A stretch of DNA of 64,000 nucleotides from Cycas panzhihuaensis. Its lineage: Eukaryota; Plantae; Cycadophyta. The translations under genes were made by a program, and so were the position numbers. Below the pieces are notes generated by a model. It was not told the origin of the DNA and searched no databases. It saw only the letters and a program-made list of their open reading frames with translations. The DNA lies in the NCBI GenBank assembly GCA_023213395.1, contig CM041465.1, positions 195,369,741 through 195,433,740 of the forward strand. The letters are read 5' to 3'. Below are positions 13,621 to 29,500 of the stretch, in pieces; the first letter of the stretch is position 1, and each line of letters opens with the position of its first letter.

Positions 13621-15241
13621 ACTTCCATAATTGAATTAGGTCACAACACATTCATTTAACACTCTAATAATGAACTCATGAATAGATTCAATAATGACTA
13701 GTTCTTAAGCTTTATTCATCATTTGTTAAACCATAGACTTGATTTATTATATATAAAAAGATAATAAGATTTTATTGAAAGAAGAAGAAGAAAAGAAAAA
13801 AAAGAGCTCTCATATACATTTTTCAACATGTTGACAATTTTTATGGTGATCAGTCTACAAGTCTTACATTGTCATTTATTGAGTTGTCAACCTCTAAGTG
13901 ACCTCACATATGTATAATTCTAATAAATAGGTTCAGTGGTGGCTAGTTTATAGCTTCACATTATCATTTACTAAATTGTAGGCTTGATAGATATTCATTT
14001 CTATCAATGATTATTACAGCCAAATGGTATAGGTTAAAGAAGTCGCCACTATTGGATGTCTTGTCCTAAAGAGACCTTAGTTAGAATATTGAGATTCCAT
14101 GTCTTTAAATAGTTCCCCTTGTTAATCAATTCTCATATACTCCCATATCCATCATATTGTACTTTCCAACATAAGTCTTAGATTATTAACACATTTTCTA
14201 TTGAATCATTCAATCACATAAATAGGGAAAGTTGAGAAAACCCTAGCCCTTCTGTTATTGCTTTAATTATCTAAGATCACACTAGTAATGTTGTGTCTAG
14301 TACAAGTTGTTCATTCCATATGTTACACATTCACAAAACTATAAAACTAAATATATTACTTATCCTTAGTAATATTGTATGTAGAGATGTAGGATATGAT
14401 ATTGGTAATATTCACTTTTTATTATATGAGCTCCACCAAGGTCCATTACCAAGAGGATAAACTATTTTCCTAATTTAGGCATCTTGCCCTTAGTCTAGAA
14501 TATCATGTATGATTTGCCCATCCTATTAGATATGTATAAGTTATTTATCATTTGTCTTATACTACATTCAATTGCTTGCATGTGCTTGTCATTTGACTTT
14601 ATAGTGCATTTTGATTAAGTAATTACTTATATTTACCTATGCATATTATATCCCCCACTTATTGATGATGGAAATAAAATATGTTTTGTATAACAATTCA
14701 TGTTATGGAGGCATATTTATTGACGCTTAGTCAACAGTCATAATAGTCACTATGATACATTCCTTTTATAACAACCTCTTTTTTATCTTGTTTTAGACTC
14801 TCTTTTCACATCTCAGAGTGACTATATCAAATTAATAGGAATCAATGCTCCTCTAAGCTAACTTATATGAGTTAAGTATATGTTAGTTATCCCTCTAAGT
14901 TAACTATCATATGAGTTAAACGTGAGTTAGTGCCCCTTTGAGTAATTCATTTTGATCAACATGAGTGTTTTTTATCATATTTCACCTATATTATAACTTT
15001 ATTTATACTCTTAACCTTAAGTTTGATTAAAATTGATTATTCTACATAGTTTGTTCTATAGATCTCCTTAAGTGCATATGAAATAAGTGGTCATAGCCTA
15101 ATAATAGATGTTATATGAGGAAGTTATCCCCATATTAAGTTTATATCTTTTCTCATTGGCTATATTTATAATCTTCCAAGTTGATTTCATTAAAATTCCC
15201 TTAAAAAGTAGTACAATTATTACTTATTAGTCTTTAGAACT

Positions 15242-15284
15242 AGATTCAACATAAGTTTAGAGATTCAACATAAGTTTAGAGATT
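15242..15284. repeat. Perfect 19-bp tandem duplication
   Basis: agattcaacataagtttag twice (15242, 15261), then agatt. Confidence 0.9.
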
Positions 15285-16445
15285 TATTCTCTCTTATGCT
15301 CATAATATTTTATTTTGGTATACAATAACCATCATAATGAGGGTAACCTTTTCATCATCTTCATCCTCCTACTTGCTTATGCTTAAATAATGTGCCCTCA
15401 CAAGTCATTTTGATTATCATTTATAGATTGGACATTGTATTCTAATGGTGGTTTAATCATCTCACTCTCTCATATTATTTCTTTTAGTTTAATTACTTCT
15501 CTCTCACATGATTTTATTTTTATCTTTTAATTTTCATCTTGTTTATTTTGTCACCTTGTAAGATTTGTTAAGTCATTATTAACCCTACTCATGCACCTTG
15601 TCCTTGTCTTAACACAACCTTATTTAATATTTGTACATGTTTTATTTAAGATTTCTCATACTAGTCAGTTAAGAAGTATTTGACATTATTCTCTTTCATG
15701 ACATCGCCTTGTAGTAAGAAGATTAGTGAAGACTTTTCACATGTACATATGCATTAATGATGACTCATCATTAAACAAACTAGGTAAAAGCCACTTATGT
15801 GCCTTATTTGATTTTTTTTTAATCAAAAGAACATGTTAATTTATTTTAGGAAAATATATAAAATAAATTAATACAATAAAAAATCCCAAAAACCCTCATT
15901 AAAAATCACTCTACAAATATATATATATATTAGTGATTATATATACATATATACTTTTATCACCCATAAGGATAATTTTGCTTGTGTAACAAGTGTTATT
16001 CTTCTCCTCTAGGACAAAATCTTAGCTCTATATATTATCCTTTAATTAAAGAACAAACCCCTCTTACCAAAAAATTCATAATTTATTCCTCCATCTCTTG
16101 TAACATTTCTAACCTAATCATATGGTGATCATCTAAGTTATCCCAACTCAATGGTGCATTACACTTATGCCTATACAATACTTCAAATAAACTCATGCCC
16201 AAAGATGCATGCCTAATATTCTTATAGGCAAATTATAGTAAATGTAAGTAGTATTTTCATCTAGATGTTTGTTCTATTATGTATACCCTAAGCATGTCCT
16301 AAAGTACTCAAATAACCTATTCTAATTTTCCATTTATGTTGTGGATCTGACATTTACTATCATAAGTAAGTTTAAATTTGAAAGTATTTCTTCTAAATTA
16401 AATAATTTATATTGAATAAATGTAATGTTTATATATGATTTTGGA

Positions 16446-16448
<3 letters not shown>

Positions 16449-16483
<35 letters not shown>
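16449..16483. repeat. (TA)n microsatellite in the 3' LTR
   Basis: About 17 TA units. Confidence 0.95.
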
Positions 16484-16484
<1 letters not shown>

Positions 16485-19097
16485 TATACACACAGATAGA
16501 CAGATATATAAATTCTTAATAACATGGTTGCAAGATTTACAACAAGTCCCTCCCATTTCAAAATGCTTTACCCTTAAAGCATGGGAAAACTTCAAGGAAT
16601 TCCTACATGTAGGCCCCAAGTATTACCTTAGTTGATCATTGATTTGCTTATTGTTAAATTGTTCTTTTATTTAGGGAATGGACATGGAGTATAACTAAGC
16701 AATACAACTTGTGTTCCCTTGGCTTGCCTTTGATATAGTGGAGTTTTTTAATTTGGGTGAAGAGATTCTAAAGAACTAGTGGAGCTTTCCATTCTATAAG
16801 AAACAAATGAAATTCTATTTATGGTTCAACATATCAATTCCCAGCTTCCTGAGTCATTTAACCCAAAGTATGACATCTACATCACCTATGGAAAAGGGGA
16901 AATAATTAATGCAAAAGGTAAGAGCATTAATTTGGAGTTGTTTGCTAATAAGCTCTCCATTACAGTTTATCTATCTGTCACCTAGTATGTCTATTTAAAA
17001 CTCTTAGATCTATTAATGAAAAGACCCAAATGGTTTTTAACCTTAGTGTTTATAAAATTATGAGTGTTTCCTAGGTCAGTAAGAATGACTATTTTTTCTT
17101 TACATAAAAATCCTTCTAGCTCCATGGTGTTGGATTGTAGGATGCTTAATATAGTTACTAAAAAAATAAAAGGTTGATTGTCATCAAGAGATAATTTTTG
17201 CATAGGAGGTTATTATTCATCATTGATATCAACTTCACTATTATCAACGTTTAGAGCATAAAGTTGGTTTCATCATGAACATACCTTAACACATCTTGTA
17301 AACCACTTTTTAATACATTATTAATATTTTTCATTTTGAAATACCATTTTAAGTTTTGAAGCATGGCCTATAAGTACATGTTGATTTTTAGAATCAGGTT
17401 GTTGCCCAAGAGGAATGTACCAAGAAGTATATACTTGTTTGACCTCAATTTATCTTATAAGGCTAATGGCTTTCTCTAGTGTAGTAGGTTTAAATATTTT
17501 GATTTAATATTGATGTCATACCATAGGTTAGTTTGGTAGAATTGTACTGCTTCTTCATTTAAAATGACTATTTTAAGTTGGAATTTCTTAAAACATTCTA
17601 TGAATTCCTTAAACAGTGAATCATGTTAAAAATAATATGACAATTAGATGTTATATAGAGTAGCATATGGTCCTTTGATTTGCTTGTATATTAAATTAAT
17701 AAATCCATCCCAAATAATGTAACCATGATTTGACTACTATTTTTATACCCATATGAAGATATATCCTTCTAAATGATTAATGGAAAATATGATTTTTTCA
17801 CCTAGAGTATTAGTTTTAAGGTCCCCAAATGCAACTTCTAAGTTATCTATCCATTCATAAAATTCAACTAGACCCTTGATGTTGAAATTAGAAATAGTGA
17901 CCTACATTTTATAATGGACCATTGCTTAGTTATTATAAAGAGTTTTTATTCTAGGATCGTTTTGTCTTAATATAAGCTTTTGGAGGTTGTTATTCATTTG
18001 TTTCATATATTATTCAATTACATTGAGATGAGTATTAATGTCATCGCTATAATCTTCCTTATTTGCCATTCCTTATTTCTTCTTATATTCTACTATTTTG
18101 GGTTTTATGTAACTGGAATAAAGATCTAATATCCAATTTATAAGTTGATCACTGAATTAGTTTATGCTCTTCAGTATTTAATTCTCAGTATATATGTCAA
18201 TAAGAACTTAATTGAATGAAAGTATGACTCTTAGCAAATTAGAGGAATAATTGTGAGTTTGGGCGAATAACCACTTGAGAGGTCTGCATTAATCATGTTT
18301 ATATACAAATTGATTTAAAATTCCATGGAGGTCAAGGTTACACATCATCTGCGACTTGGTAGGCTTAACAATATGTTAGGCAATTTGATATTATAACTGT
18401 ACTTAATTTTATAATTATACACCCATGACTTGGCATTTATAAATGTGTGCTTATTATACTCCTATTAGGTAAATATATGCAAGATCAATCATCATATTTT
18501 TATAGTGTTGGCAAAGGTAGGAGACTATAGATATTCCAATTAGCATTTTATAAATTAATAATCTTACCTATGCTTCCTTATTTAATATATGCATTAACAT
18601 TTCTTTTAATAATAGTTTATATCTTTCATAAATATATATCTTCCTTAGCTTTATTTTGTACACAAACCATTTTCGTAAACACACACAAATATCTTTGTTT
18701 TGTATAAAGATCATCATATGAATTAGGATTTATTCTATATATGAATCATTTTTGTAAATATATATCTTTATTGCCATGACTATTGTCATGGATGATCACA
18801 TGAAATTGAATATGCCACTCAAGTGAATATAAATATAATAATTATTAAATTATATTAATAGATACATAAAAATGATAATATATAATCTCTCACATATGAT
18901 ATATTAAATTGTAATGCAAGTATGATTATGTATTAATGTATCAATGATTCATAAGGATATATCTATTGCATTTGGCTTTAATAAGTATATAACTATTAAA
19001 TTTTATGGAAGTAATAATTCAAAACTGTTGGAACACAGAGGAGTGGGATAAACCAACTTAGGTTAATGAGAATTAATGGTAGATAGGGTGTTAATGT

Positions 19098-19284
<187 letters not shown>

Positions 19285-19433
19285 AAATTTATTTTAATAG
19301 TTTTACAAGTCAAGAACAAGGCTCTAATACCACTTATTGTGAATCTGACGTCCATTACCTTAAGTAAGTTTAAATTTCTTCTAGATTAAATAATTTGTAT
19401 TAAATAAATATCATATTTGTACATGAATTTGAG

Positions 19434-20311
<878 letters not shown>

Positions 20312-20547
20312 TCAATGAGATACCCTTCTAATAGATCATATCCATAGCTAATTAATGCATATTTATTATTAATAATATGGTTGTAAGATTTGTAATAATC
20401 TAATTATAGATGAGAAGTAGTATTAAAGTTTAAATTGGTCCCAATCAATTTGAATAATGCTTGTTAAAACATGGATATAAATTTTGCATCTTGATCTGAA
20501 ATGATTATTTTTGGTAGTATGTGTTATTATATGTTTTATGAAGATTT

Positions 20548-23500
20548 TATTGGAAAATAGACCTGCAATAAGATATTGGCAAACATAATAGAACACATCC
20601 ATACGATCGAACGGTACCCTTAAGGTACCTCCATTATATTAACAAAACATCATTACAACATTATACAATATGATGCACTATATTGTGTATTTATACTACA
20701 TGCCAATATAGTGAGAGTGGAACTCACTTGCATGTGGAACAAAACAAATATACATTAATATTCCTACACTCGCCCTTAATGCACATTTAGGTAATTTGTA
20801 TTTGCAACACTTTGTCCTTGGAAATGTCTTGAGAATGATGACTTCAACTTGATCCTTGTCTTCAATCTTGTAGTGATGTCTTTGTTGTAGAATGATGTCT
20901 TCATCTTGATTTTCATCTCTAATTTTATACTGGTGCCTTTGTAAGATGATGTTTTCAGCTTGATTTCTATCTTCAATCCTATAGTGATGATGTTGATGTA
21001 GCAGCTGTAGCAAGTGCAAATCTAGATTCTTCATTGCAACTGGTTTAGTCTGATTATGATGAAGATCTTGTAAGTAACCATCTTCAAACACAACTTGCTT
21101 ATCATCATTGTCCTGTATAAGTTCTTAATCAACATGTACAATAATGATTTCTTCAACCTTAAGAGTGGAGTCTTGATCAACTTGCATACTCTTTGAACTT
21201 GAATCAATGCCCAAGGAAGGAACATCATTCAAACTTGAATCAATACTTAAAGTAGGAATATCATCAATATAAGACTCATCCTTTATAGGACCATCAGATT
21301 CATATTCAATTTCTCTTGAAATCATGGTGTCATCTATATAAACCTTTATCAACTAATCACTTTCAATATCTTCATCAATAGTTGTAGTCTCATCAATACA
21401 TTCAACTCTCGTTTCTTTACATTCAGTAGAAATTTCATTAGTACTCATACATTCTTCATCTTGACATGTCGGTTCATCAGTGTTGATGATATTTTTTTTA
21501 TTCATTATACTTTTACCATAACTATAGCTAGCCTTAATTGCCTTTTTAATCATTTGTTGTCTCTCTTTAGGAGTTTGTTCAAATACTTCCCTTAAAAAAT
21601 CCTAAGCTTTTTTAGCAGTACTTGCATGTAGAATAATAGGAATGACAAAATGGTATTCGGAAGGAATATCAGCCTTGTTGAATGTATCACGAATCATAAT
21701 GAATGTCTTTCTATCTTTCTTCTCAAGCATTTCCTTTTCTTCTTCATCCTTAGGGATATCATATTCATTAGTAACAATCTTCCACAAACCTCTAGCTATG
21801 AATAAACGTCTCATTTTAATTGTCCACAAGAAGCAGTCTTCACCATTACACTTAAGTATTAGAAGAAACGAATTCCTTAGGTAGTATTCATTTGTTTTAG
21901 GAACATACATAACCACATCATTATCCTCCATGATTGTAAATACCATTTTCTAATACCACGTCCCTTTTTCAATTAATAAATTCACCCGTCAATCTCAATA
22001 AACTTTCTCATGTCTTATGTCCCTCATATTACAAACTTTATCATCACATCATTACCTTATGCATCTCATATATTGCCAAATAGTCATATACAAAGAAATA
22101 CTTACTTCACTATAGAATCAAAGCTTATACCACATATGTCTTACAAAAATCATGCATACCTCATGTCACCATTAAATTAGTAAGACACATCACACTTCAC
22201 TTAATTGCCCAAAATATAACTCATGCCACAACACCACTCAACAAAGTTTGTTTTCCTATAACTCAAGTAACTTCAAAAAACTCATCCTTCTTTTCATTTA
22301 GTCAATTGAAAAAATATCATTAAAACAACCCTAATTTTGCCCTTAACATGCCCAACAAATTTCTAATATTGTCATGTAACCTCACATGCAACAAGCACCT
22401 CATTGCCTCAAATCATCATTTTTCTTGTCCTTAAATTTACCTTATCATGCCCATAAAGTTCCTTCAAGTAAATCATATTCCAAGAAGCACTAAGTTGCCA
22501 TATGCCATCCAACTCATTTATGCAAACACATGCACTATTGCTTCATTACCATACTATGTCATCATCACAATAGCTTTGTCATACGAATACATGTAAGAAA
22601 GCACTCAAATTGCCATTAAACAATCACCATCATACATCTCAAATCACTAATATAGTGCTAAATATATTCACATCAACATGACTTAATGACATCTCATATT
22701 GCAACAATACTCTCCCATGCACAACATGCATAAGAGAGCCTCAAACAGTCACCTCATTACCATTGCCTTATTCATGTCACCATATAAATATGAAACCCTT
22801 AAACTCTCAAAAAACTTATTTAAAAAATATATATATAGCTCAAAATACATAAAATATGGATGGAAATGATGGCCTTTAAAATACAATTCTAATGGTTTAG
22901 ACAAAATTGAATTCTGATATCTAGATCAAAAGTTATGCCCCTTTTAAGAATTTCACAATTAGGGTTTTTAGGGACTATAATAGTACCTTCTAATAAACTA
23001 CTAATAAATTTTTACTCTGAACTTTGATGAACCTCAAACCACTTCCATTAGAAAGTAAATTAAAAATTGCATAGAATAAAAAAAAAATTGAGGTCATTTG
23101 GATACCTATAGCCAAAGTTATGGCTCTTTGAAGTTGAGTTTATAGATCTATCCCAAAAATATGGCGACAGAAAAAAAAGTAGGCTGAAATTAATTATGTT
23201 ACAATTTTGCACTTTCACCCTAAAATCTATAGTGTGATCACTCAAATTTTGCAGAACAAGCCATTTTGTCTTAATTTTACCATTACTTTTTAGAAATTTT
23301 AACGTTTATTCTCTCGAATATGCTTTTAACCCTTAATGGCACCTCCCAAAATACTGCTCCAATACTGAACAAAATAACTCTCTCAACCTAGGTGCTTTGA
23401 TACCATGTTGGAAAATAGACCTACAATAAGATATTAGCAAATAGAATAGAACACCTCTACAGAATCAAATGGTACCCTTAAAGTACCTCCATTATATTAA

Positions 23501-23627
23501 CAAAACAACATTACAACATTATACAATATGATACACTATGTTGTGTATTTATAATACATGTCAATATAGAGAAAGTGAAACCCATTTGCATGTGGGACAA
23601 AAATACATGTACATTAATATTCCAATA
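20548..23627 (-). mobile_element. Non-autonomous copia-derived LTR element A (truncated Gag fusion ORF, no pol)
   Basis: LTRs 20548-20768 and 23406-23627; perfect TSD GATTT (20543-20547, 23628-23632); PBS 23394-23405; PPT 20769-20782; ~1.4-kb leader. Confidence 0.93.
20696..21946 (-). pseudogene. Single 417-codon frame: copia Gag N-terminus + acidic domain + His/Gln repeats + RNase H-like tail; 3 in-frame stops
   Basis: ORF-track pieces 21602-21946, 21353-21553, 21125-21352 and 20696-21091 share one frame. NGEDCFLWTIKMRRLFIARGLWKIV...STAKKA*DFL is DUF4219/Retrotran_gag_2-like; end DQVEVIILKTFPRTK..ALRASVG. Confidence 0.8.
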
Positions 23628-26516
23628 GATTTCTACTATACCAATCACTTTATATGCTAACAACATGGAAATAAAGTTTGTTGATTTTGTTATCTTGTCC
23701 ACTATTACCATTATGGAATCATTTTTTTAATATTTTTAGAAATGCATCTAATTAAATCCATTGAAATTACCTCCCATTTTTATTTTAGAATTTCTATAGG
23801 TTGGAGTAATCCTATAGGTTCTTAATGCTCCACTTTGACCTTACGACATTATAAACAATAAGAAACATAAGCCATTATATCCTTTATCATATCTGGCTAA
23901 AAGAAATATTTCTTTATTATAGCTATAATAGTCTTTTAATATCCTAGATGAACAACATATAAGACATAATGTGATTCTTCCATGATTAATATTCACATCA
24001 AAACATCATTTAGAATATAGATTTGATATTGGAATAAGAATCCATTATCTAAAATGTGATACTCTATATACTTATGCATCAACCTTATATCCACTTGTTT
24101 ATTTTGAGATTGGCTATCCAAAAATCCCTTTGCCTATTTATACCACCTATTGTTAAGTAAATTCTATTTGATAATAGCTTTTAAGTATGGTTAAGCAACC
24201 CTAATAATAACAATATAAATTGACCTAAAGCCATGTCAAGTAAGGCTAGTCAAAGTAACATGTCTTGTATGACTTAATGTATTTAGAACTTTATTTTCTT
24301 TCCCCTTGATATGGTTAATGTCAAAGTCATACTACAATAAAGACTCCATCCATCTCCTTTATCTTGTATTTAATTATGGTTATTTGAAGAGATATCTCAA
24401 GTTATCATGGTTACATTTTAACTCATACTTCCTTTTAAAAGATAATGTCTCAACATTTTTAATACATGTGCCATCGTGGCCAACTATAAATCATGTGTTA
24501 GGTAATTTGTTTTATGATCCTTCATCTTTCATGACTCATAACAAATTACCTTGTCATTATGCATGGGAACTCTATTAATGCCTTTAAATATTAGTGCAAA
24601 TAATATAGTCTACATTAAGATCTAATAATATAAGAATAATTGCAAATATGGGTAAACCCTTAAGCTTTTGGAATATTTCCTTATATTTATCAATCCACTT
24701 AAAATTTTCTCCCTTCTTCTAGAATGAAGTAATTAGACGTGATTCTAAAAAGTCTTTTAATATACCTTTAAGAATAACCTAAAATCTCCATAGAACTTCT
24801 TACCTTGGACACATTCCTTAGTGTAGGCCATTTCATAATAGCCTTGATCTTTTATGAATCTATAAAGATTTATCTTTTTGATATAATGCGACCTAGATAA
24901 TATACTTATTCTTAAAGAAATTTAAATTTACTTAACTTTGCATATAATTAATGCTCTCTTAAGAGTTATAATACCCTTCTCATGTGTTCTTTATATTCTT
25001 CTTCTAACTTGGAAGAAATCAAAATATCATTGAGAAAAATTATGACAAAATTGTCTAAATATTAACAAAACATATTATTCATCAAATGTATGAATGTAGG
25101 AGAAGTATTCATTAAGTCAAATGGTAACACCACAAATTCATAATGCTTGTACCTAGTTTGAAATGTTATCTTATACATGTCATCATCCTTGATTCAAATT
25201 TAATGATAACCCAATTTTAAGTAAATATTAAAAAATATCTTCACTCCTTTCACTAGATTAAATAGATCCTCAATCCTTAGAAGAGTATATCTATTCATTA
25301 TTATCACCTTATTTAATTACTTGCAATGAATGCATAATTGTAATGTTCTATTATTCTTTTTCATGGATAGAATAAGTACTCTCCATGATGATATAGTTAG
25401 TTAAATGAAGCCTTTATCCAATAATTCTTGTAATTACATTTTTATTTCTAACAATTCAAATATGGACACATAATATGACACTTTAGAAATAGGTTTTATT
25501 CTTGGAATTAATTCAATAGCATAATTCACCTATCTTCTAGGTGATAAACTAAGAAATTCCTCTAGAAACACAATAAAGAGCTCATGTAATAATGGATAGT
25601 CTTCTAACTTAGCCCCCCTTAGTCCACCTTTATTACTAATAAAATCCACATAAACTTGGAACCCTTTTTGTAAACTCCTCTTGATTTGTATGACAAAATT
25701 TTTTCTAATAGAGATAGGTGCCTTTTCTAATACATACTATATCATCCACATATCTTATGACCTTATTATAGTACCCTAATTTCCTTCTTACTAATTAAGA
25801 CTAATTATAGTATCACAATCTATAAGTGGTAATACTTGAAAGGTTATATGACTATTATATCCTCCCAATTCTTTTTAGAAAATATAAAAAATGCCAAATC
25901 AAATATTTAAATTGAATTAATCATAAGTCAAATGTATATTTATAGTATCTTGCACCAATCAATATGTGTAAATATAATATCTAATCAAATTATTTCTTTA
26001 ATGTATTAATGTAAATTATTCTTTAGTATTGCCTTATAATGTACATTTATGGTGATATCAATGTTTCCTCTTGATTTACAATGCTTGATATTTGACAATG
26101 TCTTTATGAAAATATCAACAATCTAACCTTTAATGTTATAATAAAATAATTTAATTTAGCCTTGTTGTACTAATTCTTAAATTAAATAATGCTTGATCTT
26201 GATATACTTTGTTCTATTATGCAAGACCAAGTTCTTTGTTATGTGGATGGTACTCTGATTATTACAATAAATCTATCATTCCAGTATGAGGTTAATATAA
26301 ATTTTATGATATCTTTTTAAGCTAAACTTTTTCGTGAGTTGTTATTTCAATTTCTTTATATTTTGATTTATTTATAGATAAACATATAATTAATTATTTC
26401 TCTATATGCCACATAATTATGACTAAACCAATGTTAAAAATATAACTTGATATATCTATATATATATATATAAAATATCACTTGCCCAATCTACATATAT
26501 ATAACTAACCAATATG

Positions 26517-29500
26517 TGCTAAGTATAATGTTCATTACCTAACATTGTCTTGGAACCATGTGAGCCGCCATAGCCTTTATTGTATAATGGTAAGTTTATT
26601 TTATTTCTTATTTTATTAATATTTTATTATATTTTAAATTTGAAGGTTGAGGTGGGCTCTCGCCCGCCTCCCGAATATATATTTTGGGGCTTAATACCCC
26701 CGGTATTCTTCAACACCATATATCAATGGAAATTATATTAAACTTTATCAATGTAGGTTGAAATAGATTGAATTATTATTTTATTACTGCTCCACTCTAT
26801 CCTCATATATTGATATTTGCAGTTTGATTTACTTCTTTGGTGCATTTATTGGCATTATAATTCATTATATAAAAAATATCTTGGACATTGTTGTGACTAC
26901 TTTCGCTTTCATGTGCTATTATTAAAAAAGTTTAAATATTTGTTAGTTTTTTATTATGATATAATATTTTTTTTGTATATACATTTACTTTAGCATTATT
27001 TTTTTCATGTATTCCAAGTGCCACCAATAGAAAGTAAAGATTTGACCCCCTCTTTGTTCTTAAAAAACCCATCAATGTTAAATTATGGTTTCTCATTTTA
27101 TTATTAATTTTTCTTATTGATGATCATATCCAACCGTGTTTTTAGGCATTGCAAACTAATCTCAATTAATTATAGTATCAATCTTTGATCAATTAAAGCC
27201 CTTTGTACAATCGTGCACGCCCACACATTGTTATATGTAAACTTTTATTAAAATTTTCTTAATAAAACTCAAATATTTCTTACCTCATATCTTTGGCATC
27301 ATAGATCTAGCACTTTTAATCTGAGTTTCATCACCCTTTTTATCATTTTTGTGTGATTATTGCCCCCTGAGTCACTATTTTTTTGTAGATGTTTAGCCTT
27401 AGTAAGGTTCAAAAATCTTTATTTTTTATGAAGTTAAATTAATTTAATTTTATTATAATCTCCATTGAATTCTTGTTAGTCCCCCTTTCTACTTAGCTTA
27501 TGGCCATATGGGAGTCCCCATATGATCTTTTTCTTTTTTTTTTCTGCATTAAGGGCCTCAGACTCTAAATCTTATATGTTGTTTTTAATCAATTTGGTTT
27601 TAAATGGAGTTAATTATTTTTAATAATATTTCAAATCTACCATCCCTCTTTAGACCCTAGCAGGTGGTTTTATTAGCCCTCATATGACTAGGGGCCTCAG
27701 ATCAAAGGGGCTTAACCTGCCTTAATTCATTTACTTGCCATAAAGAGGTCCTTATTACTATTTTCACTATAACTTTTGATCTAGGAGTCTATTTTTCGAA
27801 CAGGTAGATCCGTTGGAAAGGTATTTTGAAGATCTATATACTAAAGTAATTTTTACTAAGATTTGAAGCTATTTTGTAGGGTTTTGAGGCTGGTAAAATC
27901 AACTCTTCTAGTTGACCCTAGTTTGATCATTTTTTAGCTATTTTGAACTAAGTTTCAATTTTATCTTGGTATATTTACATATTATTAGGTTATTGATCCA
28001 TCTTTGATCATTTTTACTTGATTCTATAAACTTATAATTGATATTTTACAACTTTTAATTATTTTCTGGCCTCTTGAAAGAAAGAAAGAACTTTGGGAGT
28101 AACTCTCACAAACTGATACTTTCTAACACTTAATAATTTTATTTTAAAGTTGTTACTTCATTCTATAGTTCATTTACTTTAAGATTAAGCTTGTATCAAA
28201 CCTATTTTTGCTTATTTTAAGGTCATCTTTCTTTTTTAAAGTATTCTTTTAAAGTGCATTTAAGGCTAAGATAAAAGTGCATGTTTAAAGGCTAGATTTA
28301 AAGCATACTTTGCATCTTTTTGCAACTTGAAAGCAGCTTGTATATATAAGTGTATTTATTGCTCATTTTATTCATCTATATATTGAAGCTCAATTTAGTT
28401 TATTTTTTGTTCATTTAAAAGTTACTTTTGCTTCATTAGTAAAGCATTTTTAAAGTTGATTTAGGGCCATCTTCATTGCACTTAAAAACTTAAATAAGGT
28501 ATATTCTATTACATAATTATAAGCTCATTCATATACCTTCACATTCTTTTTATTTTATACTATTTTAAGGTTTACCTATATCATTTTGAAAAGATTATTA
28601 GTTGTATATTTGTTTCATTTCAAAAGAAGAACATTTATCTTACATTGTTTTATTTAAAAGAGATATACTTTTCATTTCATTGCCAAGTTGCCTTTTATTT
28701 GTTAAGAAGGAATCTTACTAGTACCAATTTAAAAAGTTATTTTATTTTAATTTCAAGTTATTCATTTGATAGTCAAAGGAATCTTATCTGATTAATAAAA
28801 CCACATATTTTTTGGATTATATATTAAAGTGTTTATAATGGTAATTTATCTCGATGACATGATAATTTCTATATTTGATGGCACTAATTTTTCACTTTGG
28901 AGAAATTTGATGAAATCACTATTTATCACTAAAAATATTTAGAATTATGTGGATGATAGTTACCATGACTTAAGTGTCAATTCTACTTTAAAGGAAGAAC
29001 AAACATTTAAAAAAAATGTAAAGAAACATAACAAGGCTCTAGGTTTAATATTTTGTGTATTAGATGATCACAAATTCTCTAGCGTAAGTTAGACAACCAC
29101 ATCTAAAAATGCATAGAACACTTTAGAATTGGTTTATGGGGGAACCACTACAAAACTAGAAGAAACTAATTATGTTGATGATGTTTTACATGTGGGATAG
29201 ATGTTAGAGCAAGTTAACAATGATGTATTGGCTAATGATGTATATACCATTGATGACTCCAATAAAAATAATGATCACACTATTGAATTTGATAATGTTG
29301 TATGTACCATTGACCTAATCGACTCCAACAAGGTAAAATATGAAGAAGACAAAGATCTTAATGTAGTTATACCTACTCATTCAAATCAAGTCAACCTCAT
29401 CCTACTAAGACAAGCTTGGAAGCTATATGAGCCACATATTATTGAAGAGGATTATATTGCAAGGACAATAATATAGGATGATGATAAATCAAGAGAACAA

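Larger units (their letters stand above)
11250..14660 (+). mobile_element. Highly degraded Ty1/copia remnants (gag/protease ~11.3-12.1 kb; integrase ~13.9-14.3 kb), interrupted
   Basis: Integrase-like QPNGI...PLLDV (QQNGVAERKHRHLLDV type) at ~14018-14060; weak gag-like GLGPNHYSTLLTHF and protease-like traces. Confidence 0.4.
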
